Shown piece after piece: positions 32,021 through 42,712 of a DNA stretch of 61,675 bases (positions are counted from its first letter, which is position 1; each line of letters opens with the position of its first letter). Origin of the DNA: an uncultured delta proteobacterium (lineage in GTDB: Bacteria > Desulfobacterota > Binatia > UBA9968); the NCBI GenBank assembly GCA_963804165.1, contig CAWDPO010000027.1, positions 1-61,675 of the forward strand. The letters run 5' to 3'. Under the pieces are notes generated by a model that saw only the letters and a program-made list of their open reading frames with translations, ran no database searches and was not told the DNA's origin. The position numbers and the translations under genes are program-made.

Positions 32021-32641
32021 TCAACTGCCGGATGCGCGCTGCAGCGGCAGGCTTTCGGGTGCAAACTGAAGATCATCGGAGCGCGCAACCGTAACGTTGA
32101 AATTGTAGGCGCCGGAGCGGAACTGATGCAGCGCGAACGGCTGCGACTGCGGATGGACGCCGTGGATGCAGTCCTCGGGCACGATGCTGTAGTAATTCCT
32201 GATGTGAAAGCCGATCACCGCATGGTAGACGCAGTTGCTCGAACCGATGCCGGTCACGACGATCTTATCCCTGCACGTCCGCAGGTCGAGCTTTTCCAGC
32301 ACCGCCTCCATCGAAGTCTTGTAAAAACAATCATGGGAAGTTTTCTGCACGACATTCTCGCCGGGCAGCGGCTGTAGTTCCTCGACAAAATCCGCGCCCG
32401 GGCTGCCGAGCAACAAGCCGTACGGCCGGCCGAAGACGGTGAATTCGGGGTGATCCTTGGTGCGGACGGATTGGACGTGGATGATCTTGCCGTTCACAGC
32501 GCGGAAGCGATCGAGCAAACGGCGGATATTGCCGATCACCGGCTTCACGCCGGCCCCGTGGCGCTCGCACCCTTCCACCTGCATATCGACAATGACGAGA
32601 CCGGTAGACTCCGGCTGTAATTCGATCTTTGCATCGGCCAT
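32021..32641 (-). CDS. Isochorismatase-family cysteine hydrolase
   Basis: D-K-C triad: VIVDMQ, QKTSHDCF, TGIGSSNCV; VPEDC. Confidence 0.9.
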   Translation of the reverse strand: MADAKIELQPESTGLVIVDMQVEGCERHGAGVKPVIGNIRRLLDRFRAVNGKIIHVQSVRTKDHPEFTVFGRPYGLLLGSPGADFVEELQPLPGENVVQKTSHDCFYKTSMEAVLEKLDLRTCRDKIVVTGIGSSNCVYHAVIGFHIRNYYSIVPEDCIHGVHPQSQPFALHQFRSGAYNFNVTVARSDDLQFAPESLPLQRASGS

Positions 32642-32889
32642 TGGCGCTTCCTCCGGGACATTAACTTTCATGCGACTATTTCACGGGCGTTTGCGCGTTG
32701 TCAATGTGAGCGACACACGAGGGTCAAACGCGAATTGTCATTCGATTTCCCCAACCGCGTCGCGGAAACGGTATTAACCCTGTCGGAAATAATCTTATGA
32801 AGCGGTTTGATTGATCGGCGGCTTGGGAACCAAGCTCCATTTGGCCCGGAACACCGCTAAAGTCCGATGGAAACCGAACGGCGATCCGG

Positions 32890-34002
32890 TTATTCGATCT
32901 GGCGAACTTCCCAACGACTCGTGCGCAGATGTTGGCTCGGGTCGGCCACCATCCTCAAGGGTTTGTTGGTGTAACTCGTGAGGCGATTGGCGCCGGGATA
33001 GGACGTGCTGGTATGTGAGATACCAGCCTCGGCCATCGAGCATTCGCCGGCCTCGATGGGATAGGCGGCGTGTTCAGTTTCTTGATCGACCAGACCGCTG
33101 AACTGAAACCAATACTCGTCCTCGTCATAGCCTCGATGCGGCGCCGGTTGGCGACCCGGGTTCGCATAGACTTGCTGGCGGAAGGTCGGGCTCTTCCATA
33201 ACATCGCCGTACGAACGCCGCGGCCATCCGTCACCATGTAATCAAAGGGACGCACCTTAATCGGCTTCGGTCCGCTTTCTGCCTTGCCCACCATCCAGTC
33301 ATACGTGCGCTCAAATAAAAACGCTTCACCAGGGAGGTTATCCCAGTGGGTGAGGCGTTCGCGGATCTTTCCATTGGTTAGCGCAACGTTTTGCGGTAAT
33401 TGCTCGATGAGGTTTTCGTCTCCCAAGCGCGACGCCGAAAATTGGCCTTCAGCCAGCGGACGATTCGGATCGAGCATGACTTGGACGGGATCCTTCGGAT
33501 AGTATTCCATGCGCCGGCAGTTGGGACTACCGATTGTGCGGTGCGCAACCATAGCTGGAATATAGAGCATCTCACCCGGGCGGAGCTCATGGCAGCCGAA
33601 GCTGGTTTCGAGGAGAGCAATTCCGGAAAATTGGAAGAAGATCGTCTCGTAGTCTCCCGCACGCTCGAAGATCGGCTGAGGCCCGGTGATACTTGAACAA
33701 GCAACACGCAGTTTTTCACCGACGTAAAGGAGTTTGTGAGCCACACCGCCGCGGGTCGGGTCAAGATCCGGTAAGAGGTCGAAGGGTCGCAATTTGCGCC
33801 AATCTTGCCGCCCAGTGCCTTCAACAATGCTGCCGACAAGGTCTTCGTTAGGGACAGGCTCCCAAATTTTATCCCCTTCTCTCCCCCATAGGGTGTAAAA
33901 GCATTTCTGAAACCCGGAGGACTCCTGCGTGGTGCCCCCCGGTGTCACCGCGGTCTCGTGCGTATCGCGGCGCTCGGTTGCTGGTTGCGTTTTAGCCATC
34001 AT
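32890..34002 (-). CDS. Bicupin, homogentisate-dioxygenase-like
   Basis: Two cupin repeats: QPIFERAGDYETIFFQFSG..ETSFG..LRPGEMLYIPAMVAHR and QPAPHRGYDEDEYWFQFSG..AGISHTS; GGAGG RBS. Confidence 0.7.
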   Translation of the reverse strand: MMAKTQPATERRDTHETAVTPGGTTQESSGFQKCFYTLWGREGDKIWEPVPNEDLVGSIVEGTGRQDWRKLRPFDLLPDLDPTRGGVAHKLLYVGEKLRVACSSITGPQPIFERAGDYETIFFQFSGIALLETSFGCHELRPGEMLYIPAMVAHRTIGSPNCRRMEYYPKDPVQVMLDPNRPLAEGQFSASRLGDENLIEQLPQNVALTNGKIRERLTHWDNLPGEAFLFERTYDWMVGKAESGPKPIKVRPFDYMVTDGRGVRTAMLWKSPTFRQQVYANPGRQPAPHRGYDEDEYWFQFSGLVDQETEHAAYPIEAGECSMAEAGISHTSTSYPGANRLTSYTNKPLRMVADPSQHLRTSRWEVRQIE

Positions 34003-34195
34003 TGCACCTCCGTCGGCAGGAACAAGATTTTCATAACGATAAGAAACCGCATCGCGTCTACGTAACATCTCACTTCTAAACCTGGTCGCGCTCCGGAGTC
34101 AACGGCGAATTCACTTGACAGGATGACGATACCTTTCGTAAGAGTTTCAGGCATAACTGCCAATGTAAACTAACAGCTCGATGGTGAGGGGAGAT

Positions 34196-35254
34196 ATGAA
34201 AATCACGAAAAGTTTGCCCCGGATCAGCGGCGTGTTATTTGGGCTGATTCTGTCGGTTTTCGCGCCGAATATTGTATTCGCGGCGGCCGTCACGGATCCA
34301 TTGGTCGGCGCCGCGAAAAAAGAGGGTAAGTTGGTGATCTACAGCACCAGCACCGTCGAGCCGGGGGAAAAATCCGTCGGGCAGAAGATGAAAGAAGCCT
34401 ATCCTTGGCTCGATATCGACGAGGTGCTGATGGCGAGCGGCAGCAAGCTGCTAGAGCGAATGATGCTTGAGATCCAAGCAGGGAAAGTTCCCGACATCGC
34501 GCATATGGGGAGCGGTCAGATGGGACAGCTCAAAGACAAAGGCTTGCTGCAAGTTTACCGCTCTCCCCAGGAAGATAATTTCGTCGGTGGTTTCAAAGTG
34601 CCCCATCGCATGTGGACGCCAATAAGCTTTCGCACGGTTCACACCATTTACAATTCCACGGTCGTCAAAGCTGACCCGTTGGCAGCGGGTTATGACGCAT
34701 TGCTTGATCCAAAGTGGAAGGGACAGACCGGGGTCGATATCGGCGGCACGCTGTGGCAGTTTTGGACCGCCATGGAGCTCCGCCGCGGCGAAGACAAGGG
34801 ACGCGATTTCATGCGGCGCTTGGGCAATAACGAAGCCAAGCCTTATTTCAGCAACAATCAAATCCGCAACCTGGTGGCATCGGGCGAATTGACGTTCGGA
34901 GTCTATATCTATCTCAACAATATTATCTCCATGCAAAAGGAAGGCGCGCCGTTGGCGATTTGGAACGCCGATCCGGTGGGCTATTTCCCGTCGGTGCATG
35001 GCATGATGAAGAATGCGCCCCATGTTAACGCGGCAAAGCTTTACATGGAGTGGGCGCTGAGCAAAGAAACGCAGCAGTGGCTGGCGAAACAGGAGATCGT
35101 CGTGCCCGTGCGCAAAGACGTGGAGAACCCACACCCGCAATATTTCAAAAATGTTCCGTTTGTCATTGCGGGAGCTGACGAAACCGATCCAAGGCTCGAA
35201 CGGCTGCGCGATGAATATAAGAAATACTTTCGTGTGCAGCCGCAGAAGAATTAG
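34196..35254 (+). CDS. ABC solute-binding protein (Fe3+-type class)
   Basis: AAKKEGKLVIYS, LLDPKWKG, KNAPHVNAAKLYMEWALSKETQ. Confidence 0.9.
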   Translation: MKITKSLPRISGVLFGLILSVFAPNIVFAAAVTDPLVGAAKKEGKLVIYSTSTVEPGEKSVGQKMKEAYPWLDIDEVLMASGSKLLERMMLEIQAGKVPDIAHMGSGQMGQLKDKGLLQVYRSPQEDNFVGGFKVPHRMWTPISFRTVHTIYNSTVVKADPLAAGYDALLDPKWKGQTGVDIGGTLWQFWTAMELRRGEDKGRDFMRRLGNNEAKPYFSNNQIRNLVASGELTFGVYIYLNNIISMQKEGAPLAIWNADPVGYFPSVHGMMKNAPHVNAAKLYMEWALSKETQQWLAKQEIVVPVRKDVENPHPQYFKNVPFVIAGADETDPRLERLRDEYKKYFRVQPQKN

Positions 35255-35302
35255 CAATGCTGCGCTTCGGGTTTTATTGGCGCAGGTAACTGGAACTTGT
35301 CG

Positions 35303-36520
35303 ATGACGATCTCGAATGAAAGAAAGTTTGGTCGATTGCCTTTTGTTTTCTCCGTGGCGGAGCGACAGCGACGTTACGCCAAAGTGCGCGAAATGATGAA
35401 CGAGCGCGGCTTCGACGCGCTCATTGTCCCTTGCAACACCGGGCACAACGAAGCCTTTCAAGCCGATGTACGCTACCTGACTCAGATCGGCGGCTTTGCC
35501 AATGAGGCCGCGCTGTTTTTTCCCGCACAAGGGGAACCCACATGCTGGGTGCGCGCGGACTCGCAGCCCGCCGAGTGGTGGCAAGAGATGCAGGATTGGG
35601 TGCGCGACGTGCGCGGTTCAAATTGCGCGTGGAGTGAAAACTTCGCCGCCTCGATTCGCGAACGGGGTTTGGAAAAAGCGTCCATCGGCGTGGTGGGCAT
35701 TGGCGGGACGCCGCGTGCGCCGGACGGGTTGATGCTTTATGGAACTTTGTCCCGCCTCCAACAGTGGTTTCCCCAGGCGGGCTTTGCCGACGCGACTGAA
35801 GCGATAGTGCAAGTGCGGCAGAACAAGAGCGAGGAAGAGATTGCGGCGTTGGAACGCGCTACGGAAATCGCCGAGAAAAGTGTTCTGGCGGCGGCGGTCG
35901 CGGCAAAGCCCGGTGTCAGCGAACATGAGGTTTATGCCGAAATCGTCGGTTGCATGGTGCGCAATGGCGGCGAGCTGCCGACACTGGTTCTCTGGGGCGC
36001 GGGAGCATCGCCGTCGTGCATGAGCCGAGTACCGCCGGTGCGACCGCTTGTGGTCGGCGATGTGATTATCAGCGAGATCGAAGCAAAGTGCGCGGGCTAT
36101 ATCGCCCAGGTAAGGCGTCCGATCTTTGTCGGCAAACCCTCGGAGGAATACGCACGGCTCCATGATGTGGCGGTAGAGTCCTTCCGTTTGGTGATCGATA
36201 GAATCCGCCCGGGAGCCACGTACGAATACGTTATTCGCGGCTACATCGAGTTTGTCGAAGCGCGAGGGTACAAAGCTCTCGCCGTGCCGCTGCACGGAAG
36301 GGGACTCGGAGAGGACTATCCGGTCATTCGCCTAAACGCGGAATCTTCCGGCTCGTTGCAAAGGGAAATCGAACCTGGACAAGTGTTCATCGTCGGACCG
36401 CGTATCGGCACTCAGGACAAAACTAAAGTTCTTTCATGGGGCGACACGGTAGCGGTGAGTGAAACCGGTGTCAGGCGCTTGGGCAAACTCAACGACCGCC
36501 CAATAATCATTCCGGTTTGA
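35303..36520 (+). CDS. M24/creatinase-fold hydrolase (metal ligands substituted)
   Basis: FSVAERQRRY..DALI..DVRYLT; KSEEEI; SEIEAKCAGYIAQ; LHGRGLGED; WGDTV. Confidence 0.88.
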   Translation: MTISNERKFGRLPFVFSVAERQRRYAKVREMMNERGFDALIVPCNTGHNEAFQADVRYLTQIGGFANEAALFFPAQGEPTCWVRADSQPAEWWQEMQDWVRDVRGSNCAWSENFAASIRERGLEKASIGVVGIGGTPRAPDGLMLYGTLSRLQQWFPQAGFADATEAIVQVRQNKSEEEIAALERATEIAEKSVLAAAVAAKPGVSEHEVYAEIVGCMVRNGGELPTLVLWGAGASPSCMSRVPPVRPLVVGDVIISEIEAKCAGYIAQVRRPIFVGKPSEEYARLHDVAVESFRLVIDRIRPGATYEYVIRGYIEFVEARGYKALAVPLHGRGLGEDYPVIRLNAESSGSLQREIEPGQVFIVGPRIGTQDKTKVLSWGDTVAVSETGVRRLGKLNDRPIIIPV

Positions 36521-36557
36521 CCGCCGATTTGGAACAAAGGCGGAAATCACAGCTCAC

Positions 36558-37502
36558 TTACTCGTTGAAATTGATTTCTCGACCCCGTCCGAGTTCTGTG
36601 GCGCGCTCATAGAGCCAATGCGCCAGGATAATATCACCGAAGCCGCCTTGGGACTCACGGAAGACGCTGATTCCAGAAGGCCGCATTTTTTCTCCCGAGA
36701 TGACTTTTCCAAGCTCAGGAACATCACCCCAATGCAACTTTCCTTCGTTGATGAGGCGCAGCAAAACGTTGTCGGTGCCGACGTCGGCGACGAAACGTTC
36801 CTCCTGCTCACGGCTGGCAACGACGACTAACTCCGCGCGCAAATAGGTTTGGTCGTCGATCTCGTGGCGGATGCCTGCCGTGCTGACATGCGCGCCGGCC
36901 GCTAGCCACTGTCCGCGAACCACCGCCCCCTCGGCGCTCGTGGCGACGACCACGACGTCGGCTTGTCGCACGGCCGGCTCGAGCTCGCTGACCGGCTCAG
37001 CGAGGACGCCGAAGCGACGGCTCGCCATCACGCAAAACTCCCGGCGCGAGTCATCCTTGCGGCTGTATACCCAAACGCTGGCAAATTTTCTCAAGGAAGA
37101 GATCGCTTCCAACGACAGGGCCGCGATGCGACCGGTGCCGACAATGATCATCGAGCGGGCATCGGTCTTGGCCAACTTATCGACCGCAAGGCCAACCGTA
37201 GCGCCCACCCGGTAGTAACTAAACGGATACGCCATAATCGCCAAAAGCCGCCCCTCACGGGTGCTGTATAGGAGCAGTTGCGATCCCGCTTTGCCCATCC
37301 CCGAGCGTAAGCCAACCAAACGCATCCCAGAGAGCGAGCCGGCATTGACCCGGAGCTCATGATCATCATGGCCGACGACAAAGGGGGCCCACGCCTGGAC
37401 TTCGCCGTCCGCCTGTTCCGCGAAAACCTTCTCTGTCAGGCGAATCGCTTGGCGCATGTCCAAAAGATCGGCGACTTCGTTGCGCTTTAAAAGCAGGGTC
37501 AT
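36558..37502 (-). CDS. Ornithine cyclodeaminase/mu-crystallin family protein
   Basis: RVGATVGLA, Rossmann IVGTGRIA, VYSR, ADVVVVATS, GAHVSTAG, ELGKVISG. Confidence 0.9.
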   Translation of the reverse strand: MTLLLKRNEVADLLDMRQAIRLTEKVFAEQADGEVQAWAPFVVGHDDHELRVNAGSLSGMRLVGLRSGMGKAGSQLLLYSTREGRLLAIMAYPFSYYRVGATVGLAVDKLAKTDARSMIIVGTGRIAALSLEAISSLRKFASVWVYSRKDDSRREFCVMASRRFGVLAEPVSELEPAVRQADVVVVATSAEGAVVRGQWLAAGAHVSTAGIRHEIDDQTYLRAELVVVASREQEERFVADVGTDNVLLRLINEGKLHWGDVPELGKVISGEKMRPSGISVFRESQGGFGDIILAHWLYERATELGRGREINFNE

Positions 37503-37573
37503 AGAAATCAGAAAATCAAACCAAATTGTCGGAACAAACGTCCTTGGCGCGCACTCGCATTGACTGAAATGGG

Positions 37574-38053
37574 TTATCGAACAACCGCCGATGCCGATCT
37601 TTGCTTCGCCGCGCCGAGAATAATGAGCTGCAGGCGATTGCCGAACGGATCGTAAAAATAGACGCTCTTCTCACCGGGAGCCCGCTCCTTCGCCAAGATA
37701 TCGCCTTCCATGAAAATGCCGGAGCGCGAAAGTCCAGCGAAGACTTCATCATATTCCTGCACCGAGCCCACGCTCATCGCGAGATGAGCGCCGGAATAGC
37801 GTGGCGGGCCGCCTGGGTCCGGCACCTTGTTTTTGTCCGGGCCGCAGAAACGTGAACGCGGCGCGAGGGCGTCGACTTTTTCCAGCAGCAGGAGTTGCCC
37901 GCTGCCGTTGCGCAGAACAATCCGCCCTCGTCCAAGCTCGCCCTGATCACGGTGGATGATATCCATGCCCAAGACTTCCCCATAAAATTGCCCCGCTCGA
38001 TCGAGATCGGTAACTTCAAGGGCGATGTGGCTGATGTTTTCGTATTCGATCAT
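37574..38053 (-). CDS. VOC family protein
   Basis: ISHIALEVTDLDRAGQFYGEVLG, HLAM, SVYFYDPFGNRLQL. Confidence 0.88.
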   Translation of the reverse strand: MIEYENISHIALEVTDLDRAGQFYGEVLGMDIIHRDQGELGRGRIVLRNGSGQLLLLEKVDALAPRSRFCGPDKNKVPDPGGPPRYSGAHLAMSVGSVQEYDEVFAGLSRSGIFMEGDILAKERAPGEKSVYFYDPFGNRLQLIILGAAKQRSASAVVR

Positions 38054-38063
38054 AGGAATTTCC

Positions 38064-38474
38064 TCAGCGCCGGGTGGAGAACTCGATGGTGTTACCGTCG
38101 GGATCGTGCACACGGATCGTTTGCTTCAACGGCAGTGTGTCCGGATAGGAGATGGGACCTTCGTAGGCGATGCCCGCTTCTTTTAACTCGAGCAGCAGCC
38201 GCTCCATGATTTCGTCCGTCAGCGCAAAGCCGATGCGCGGAAAGGGCCGGGAAGAATCAGCGGGCGCAAGCGGGTGCTGCGCGAGACAGAGCTCGAAGCG
38301 GTGCCCGCCCATCTCGACAAAAGAAATTAGCGCCCAGCCTTGGTACGCTTTGTACGTGTTGAGATTGGCGATCCACAAAGGTTTCGCGCCGAGCAGTTTA
38401 TTGTAGAATTGATGCGCTCTTGGGATATCTTCAACAACGACACCGCAATGATCGAAGGTCTGGATCTTTGCCAT
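38064..38474 (-). CDS. VOC family protein
   Basis: FDHCGVVVEDI..FYNKLLG, HDPDGNTIEF; GGAGG RBS. Confidence 0.88.
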   Translation of the reverse strand: MAKIQTFDHCGVVVEDIPRAHQFYNKLLGAKPLWIANLNTYKAYQGWALISFVEMGGHRFELCLAQHPLAPADSSRPFPRIGFALTDEIMERLLLELKEAGIAYEGPISYPDTLPLKQTIRVHDPDGNTIEFSTRR

Positions 38475-38493
38475 CACGCCTCCTTCGGAATGC

Positions 38494-39705
38494 TCACACC
38501 AACTCGTAGATCTGCTGCGGCCGCGCGCCAAGCCGCTCGGCTCCGTGTCGGCGCACCACAACACAGTCTCCCCAACGGCCATAGTTGGATTTTCCATCCA
38601 CTGCCGCGTCGGGTTTGATAATCACACAACAGCCTTCCTTTAACTGTAGCGCCAAAACCTCGGGCGAGCGGCTTCTCGGCGTAACCAGCGGGCCGTCATC
38701 GCCCGTGCCTCGTCCATGCATGGTCAGGCTTGCGACTCCCCGGCCGTTCATGCCGCGGACTAAACTGGCGTCGATCAATTCACGCACCGTCACGCCCGGC
38801 TTCACGACAGCCAAAACACGGTTGAATGATTCCCAAGCGAGCTGGTTTGCGTCTCTAAAATCCGCATGAGCGGGGCCGATGGAAAAGGCCTGGTCGATTT
38901 GACCGATGTAACCGCCCCAGCGCCCTTCGATCTCGCACAGCAGGACATCGCCGTTCGCGAAATTTCGGAAAGAAGGCTGCTCGAGACGAGTATAGGTCTT
39001 TCCCAACGGCCCGCTGATCCAGCCGAACATCACGGGCATGGACCCGCCGGCAGCCGCGCTGGCATAGAGCATATGGGCAAACACCTGGCGCTCGGCAACG
39101 CCGTCACGAGCATGGTCGACGACGGCTCGCATGGAGCTCTCGGCGACGGTCACGGCTTTTCGAATAAATTCTATCTCCTCATCGCTCTTCTGGAATCGCG
39201 CCTCGGCGAGAATATTCGTGGCTGAGACCACTCCGGCGTCGGGAAAAGCTCGTTTGATCATCTCCACGGATTGCCAGTTCGCTTCCCCTTCCGGCGCGCG
39301 CGTGCGCGCCAGCAGCGAACCGGTAAGTCCCGCGATACCAAGCGCGCCGCGCGCAAAATTCATCTCCTTCAAGCGGGCGATAACGACTTCGGCGCCGGCC
39401 CCATACCTCGCCGCGCGGATATCGCTCAACCAATTGGACGACGGCGTGGCGCCAGCGCGGGTTTGCCACGCGGTCACCTCGCCTTCAAGAGGAAACACGA
39501 CGGTAGTCTCCTCGCAGTTTTCGCCGAGCTGGGTAAGGTAACGCGAGTCTTGCTGCCCACGGTCGCGCCGACTGGTGTTGGGCAGGCAAATGACGACATC
39601 GACGCCGTCGCGGGCCATGAGGTTGCGCACGGCCTGCCATCGCCGCTCTCGTTCGGCGATTGAAAAAACCGGCGTGCTCCAATCGGGTGTCCAGTGCTCG
39701 ACCAT
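38494..39705 (-). CDS. M24/creatinase-fold hydrolase (metal ligands substituted)
   Basis: FSIAERERRW, SRYLTQ, KSDEEIEF, CEIEGRWGGYIGQ, MHGRGTGDD, IKP, WGDCVV. Confidence 0.88.
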   Translation of the reverse strand: MVEHWTPDWSTPVFSIAERERRWQAVRNLMARDGVDVVICLPNTSRRDRGQQDSRYLTQLGENCEETTVVFPLEGEVTAWQTRAGATPSSNWLSDIRAARYGAGAEVVIARLKEMNFARGALGIAGLTGSLLARTRAPEGEANWQSVEMIKRAFPDAGVVSATNILAEARFQKSDEEIEFIRKAVTVAESSMRAVVDHARDGVAERQVFAHMLYASAAAGGSMPVMFGWISGPLGKTYTRLEQPSFRNFANGDVLLCEIEGRWGGYIGQIDQAFSIGPAHADFRDANQLAWESFNRVLAVVKPGVTVRELIDASLVRGMNGRGVASLTMHGRGTGDDGPLVTPRSRSPEVLALQLKEGCCVIIKPDAAVDGKSNYGRWGDCVVVRRHGAERLGARPQQIYELV

Positions 39706-39835
39706 CGGCTTCTCGTTGAACAGGGTATACTAGGAAGCGCGCCGACTTTTTGTCAATCGTTCGCCATTCAAAGTTGACACGAAATTTTCAAACGTGTTAG
39801 CTGGCGCTTGGATCGCGATTCAAGGACAACTCAGC

Positions 39836-41596
39836 ATGCTCGCGAGCAATCAATCTTCGGTTTCATCGTCATTGTCGGAGCGCGTCTTCGAACGGCTCGA
39901 TCTTAAAGCCATAATTCTTGTCGCGGTCGTGGCGATTCTGATCTGGCAAGTCGCGGTGCCGTTGTTTATGCTGGTGTGGGGCAGCCTCAAGACCGTCAGC
40001 CCCGGGCGCGAGGGTTTTTGGTCTCTGAACTTCACCCTCAATAACTTCCGGCGCGCCTACAGCGATCCCGCCTTCTGGGCAGCAACAAAAAATTCCTTCA
40101 TCTTGGCTTCAGGCGCCTCAGCGCTTGCGTTTACAGGCGCGACATTTCTCGCCTGGGTGGTCGAACGCACCAACACGCCGTTTAAAAACGTCATATTTGT
40201 TTTGGCTACTGCGCGGATGATTCTGCCGGGGATCCTCATGACCGTGGCGTGGATATTTCTCCTTAGCCCTAAGACCGGCTGGATCAATCACTGGCTCATG
40301 CTTCTCCCGGGCATCGATCGACCGGTTTTCAACATTTACACGATCTGGGGAATGATCTGGGTCGCCGGTGTCGATTTGATCCCAACCAGTTTCATTCTCA
40401 TGACTTCGGCCTTGCGCTCGATCGATCCTTCTCTCGAAGAGGCCGCCGGAGTGGCGGGATCGAGTCCGCTGCGGGTCTTTCGTCGCGTGACGCTGCCGCT
40501 GCTGCGGCCCGCGGTGGCGGCGATGCTGCTGTTGGCTTTTGCCCGCGGGCTGGAAGTTTTCGAAGTGCCCGCTTTGATCGGCTACCCGAATGGCATCGAC
40601 ACCTACAGCACCGAGATCTATTTCAAAACGAGCACCGACCCGGTTGATTACGGATTGACCGGCGCGTATGCCATCACCTTGCTCGCGGTTTCACTCCTCG
40701 GGGTGGCGCTCTATCTCCGCGCCACCCGCGCCGGCAAACGCTTCATGACCGTTACCGGAAAAGGCTATCGCCCGCGCGTCATTGAGCTCGGCCGCGTTAG
40801 ATACGTCATCGCGGCGAGCGCATTGACCTTGCTGGGATTGACCATCGGGCTGCCTTTGCTGGTATTGGTGTGGAACTCTTTGCTGCCGTTTCCTCAGCCG
40901 CTCTCATGGCGTGCCCTCGGCATGATGAGCCTCAAGCAGTATCATTTTGTCCTGTTTGTCTATCCGGACACGCTGCTGTCATTTTTTAACAGCACGTTGA
41001 TCAGCACCTTGAGTGGAGTGATCATCGCGTTGCTCGTGGCGGTGATCTCCTGGATCGTCATCCGCACCAAAATTCGCGGGCGAATATTTCTCGATTTTTT
41101 AGCATTCGCTCCTCTGGCCGTGCCGGGTTTGGTTTTGGGACTGGCGTTCCTCTGGCTTTATTTGGCGGTGCCGTGGGGAGGACTCGTCTATGGCACCGTT
41201 TGGATTATCATGCTGGCCATGGTGACGAACTGGATGCCCTTCGGGCTGCGCATCGTTTCCGCGAACATGTCACAGATTCACGGCGAATTGGAAGAAGCGT
41301 CGTATGCGGCCGGGGCCTCTTGGTCGCGCACCTTTCGGCGGATTTTTTTACCGTTGCTCTCACCCGGGCTCGTCGCCGCATGGATTTGGGTGACGGTGCA
41401 CGCTTTTCGTGACGTGAGCACTTCTTTGATGCTTTATACCAAGGAAAATCAAACCGTGGGCGTGCAGATTTTCAATATCTATGAGCGCGGCAGCTATAAC
41501 GGCGTGGCCGCACTAGGGGTTGTTCTGGTGGTTGCGCTTTCCCTCCTCGTCGTGGCCGCCCAGCAAATAGGCCGCCGCTACGGCGTAAAAGGATGA
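39836..41596 (+). CDS. Fe3+-type ABC transporter permease (two TM domains)
   Basis: LAWVVERTN, IDPSLEEAA..GS, QIHGELEEAS..GAS EAA loops. Confidence 0.92.
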   Translation: MLASNQSSVSSSLSERVFERLDLKAIILVAVVAILIWQVAVPLFMLVWGSLKTVSPGREGFWSLNFTLNNFRRAYSDPAFWAATKNSFILASGASALAFTGATFLAWVVERTNTPFKNVIFVLATARMILPGILMTVAWIFLLSPKTGWINHWLMLLPGIDRPVFNIYTIWGMIWVAGVDLIPTSFILMTSALRSIDPSLEEAAGVAGSSPLRVFRRVTLPLLRPAVAAMLLLAFARGLEVFEVPALIGYPNGIDTYSTEIYFKTSTDPVDYGLTGAYAITLLAVSLLGVALYLRATRAGKRFMTVTGKGYRPRVIELGRVRYVIAASALTLLGLTIGLPLLVLVWNSLLPFPQPLSWRALGMMSLKQYHFVLFVYPDTLLSFFNSTLISTLSGVIIALLVAVISWIVIRTKIRGRIFLDFLAFAPLAVPGLVLGLAFLWLYLAVPWGGLVYGTVWIIMLAMVTNWMPFGLRIVSANMSQIHGELEEASYAAGASWSRTFRRIFLPLLSPGLVAAWIWVTVHAFRDVSTSLMLYTKENQTVGVQIFNIYERGSYNGVAALGVVLVVALSLLVVAAQQIGRRYGVKG

Positions 41597-41600
41597 AGCA

Positions 41601-42698
41601 GTGATTAGCGTCTCGGGCTTGGGCAAGGACTTTGACGGCGATGATGGACAAGTCCGTGCTGTCGCCGGCATAACATTCCAGGTCCCCAAAGGTAAATTGC
41701 TGACGCTTTTGGGTCCGAGCGGCTGCGGCAAAACGACGACGCTGCGTTGCCTGGCGGGACTCGAGCGCCCCGATCGCGGTGAGATTTTGATCGGCGATAG
41801 CGCGGTGGTTTCGACCACGCGAGAAATCTTTGTTCCGGTGCACAAGAGAAAAATCGGCATGGTCTTTCAATCCTATGCCATCTGGCCCCATATGACGGTC
41901 ATGGAAAATGTGTGCTACCCTCTCGGCGAAAGCAAAATGAGCGCGCCGCAGCGCTTGGAACGGGGCCGGGCCGCGTTGGCTTTGGTCGGTCTCGAAGGCT
42001 TGGAGAATCGGCCGTCGCCGAATCTTAGCGGCGGCCAGCAACAACGCGTGGCGCTCGCGCGCGCGTTGGTCGGCGAACCCGAGATTCTTCTGTTGGATGA
42101 GCCGCTCAGCAACCTGGACGCAAAGCTGCGCGAGACCATGCGCAGTGAACTTCGAGCATTGCAACAGAGGCTGGGAATTACAACCGTGTATGTCACCCAC
42201 GATCAGATCGAAGCGTTGTCCATGTCGGATTTTGTCTGTGTGATGAGTCTCGGCAAAATCGTCGAGCAGGGAACGCCCCGGCAACTCTATGAAACGCCCA
42301 AGAGCCGGTTCGTCGCGGAATTCTTGGGAATGACGAATTTCTTGAGCCGCTGTCCGCATGGCTGTGCAATGCCGGCGAGCGGTGAGCCGCGTGAGGAATG
42401 TTTTTTTTCGATCAGACCCGAAGATATCGACGTCAGGCAAGCCGCCGGCGCAGCGCCGGATTCAGCATGGCGTGGCGCGGTGACACGGGCGCTTTTTATG
42501 GGCAGCCACACTCACTGCGAAATCAAAGTGGACGATCAGCTGGTAACCGCCATTGTTCATCATTCCCGACCCGTGACGGTGGGAGACCAGGTTTTCATCA
42601 CCTGGGATCCGCGGCTGTGCTCGGTGGTGACTCGGAACGAAGATTCTTCGGCGCGATCGGCGGGTGAACAGATTCACACAAAGCCGCAGGTTTTATAA
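41601..42698 (+). CDS. ABC transporter ATP-binding protein (PotA/FbpC type)
   Basis: GPSGCGKTT, LSGGQQQRVALAR, LLLDEPLSNLD, YVTHDQ, C-terminal TOBE. Confidence 0.95.
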   Translation: MISVSGLGKDFDGDDGQVRAVAGITFQVPKGKLLTLLGPSGCGKTTTLRCLAGLERPDRGEILIGDSAVVSTTREIFVPVHKRKIGMVFQSYAIWPHMTVMENVCYPLGESKMSAPQRLERGRAALALVGLEGLENRPSPNLSGGQQQRVALARALVGEPEILLLDEPLSNLDAKLRETMRSELRALQQRLGITTVYVTHDQIEALSMSDFVCVMSLGKIVEQGTPRQLYETPKSRFVAEFLGMTNFLSRCPHGCAMPASGEPREECFFSIRPEDIDVRQAAGAAPDSAWRGAVTRALFMGSHTHCEIKVDDQLVTAIVHHSRPVTVGDQVFITWDPRLCSVVTRNEDSSARSAGEQIHTKPQVL

Positions 42699-42712
42699 AA
42701 GGAGCGTGCGCA

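Noticed and set aside
34451-35584. Long antisense ORFs (also 23101-23784, 41472-42440, 56337-57434) and the alternate-frame ORF 54677-55735
   Set aside because: Shadows of well-supported high-GC genes, with no motifs of their own
35303-37502. Ectoine catabolism genes eutD/eutC
   Set aside because: Only family-level resemblance; eutA/B/E, the regulator and ectoine transporters are absent
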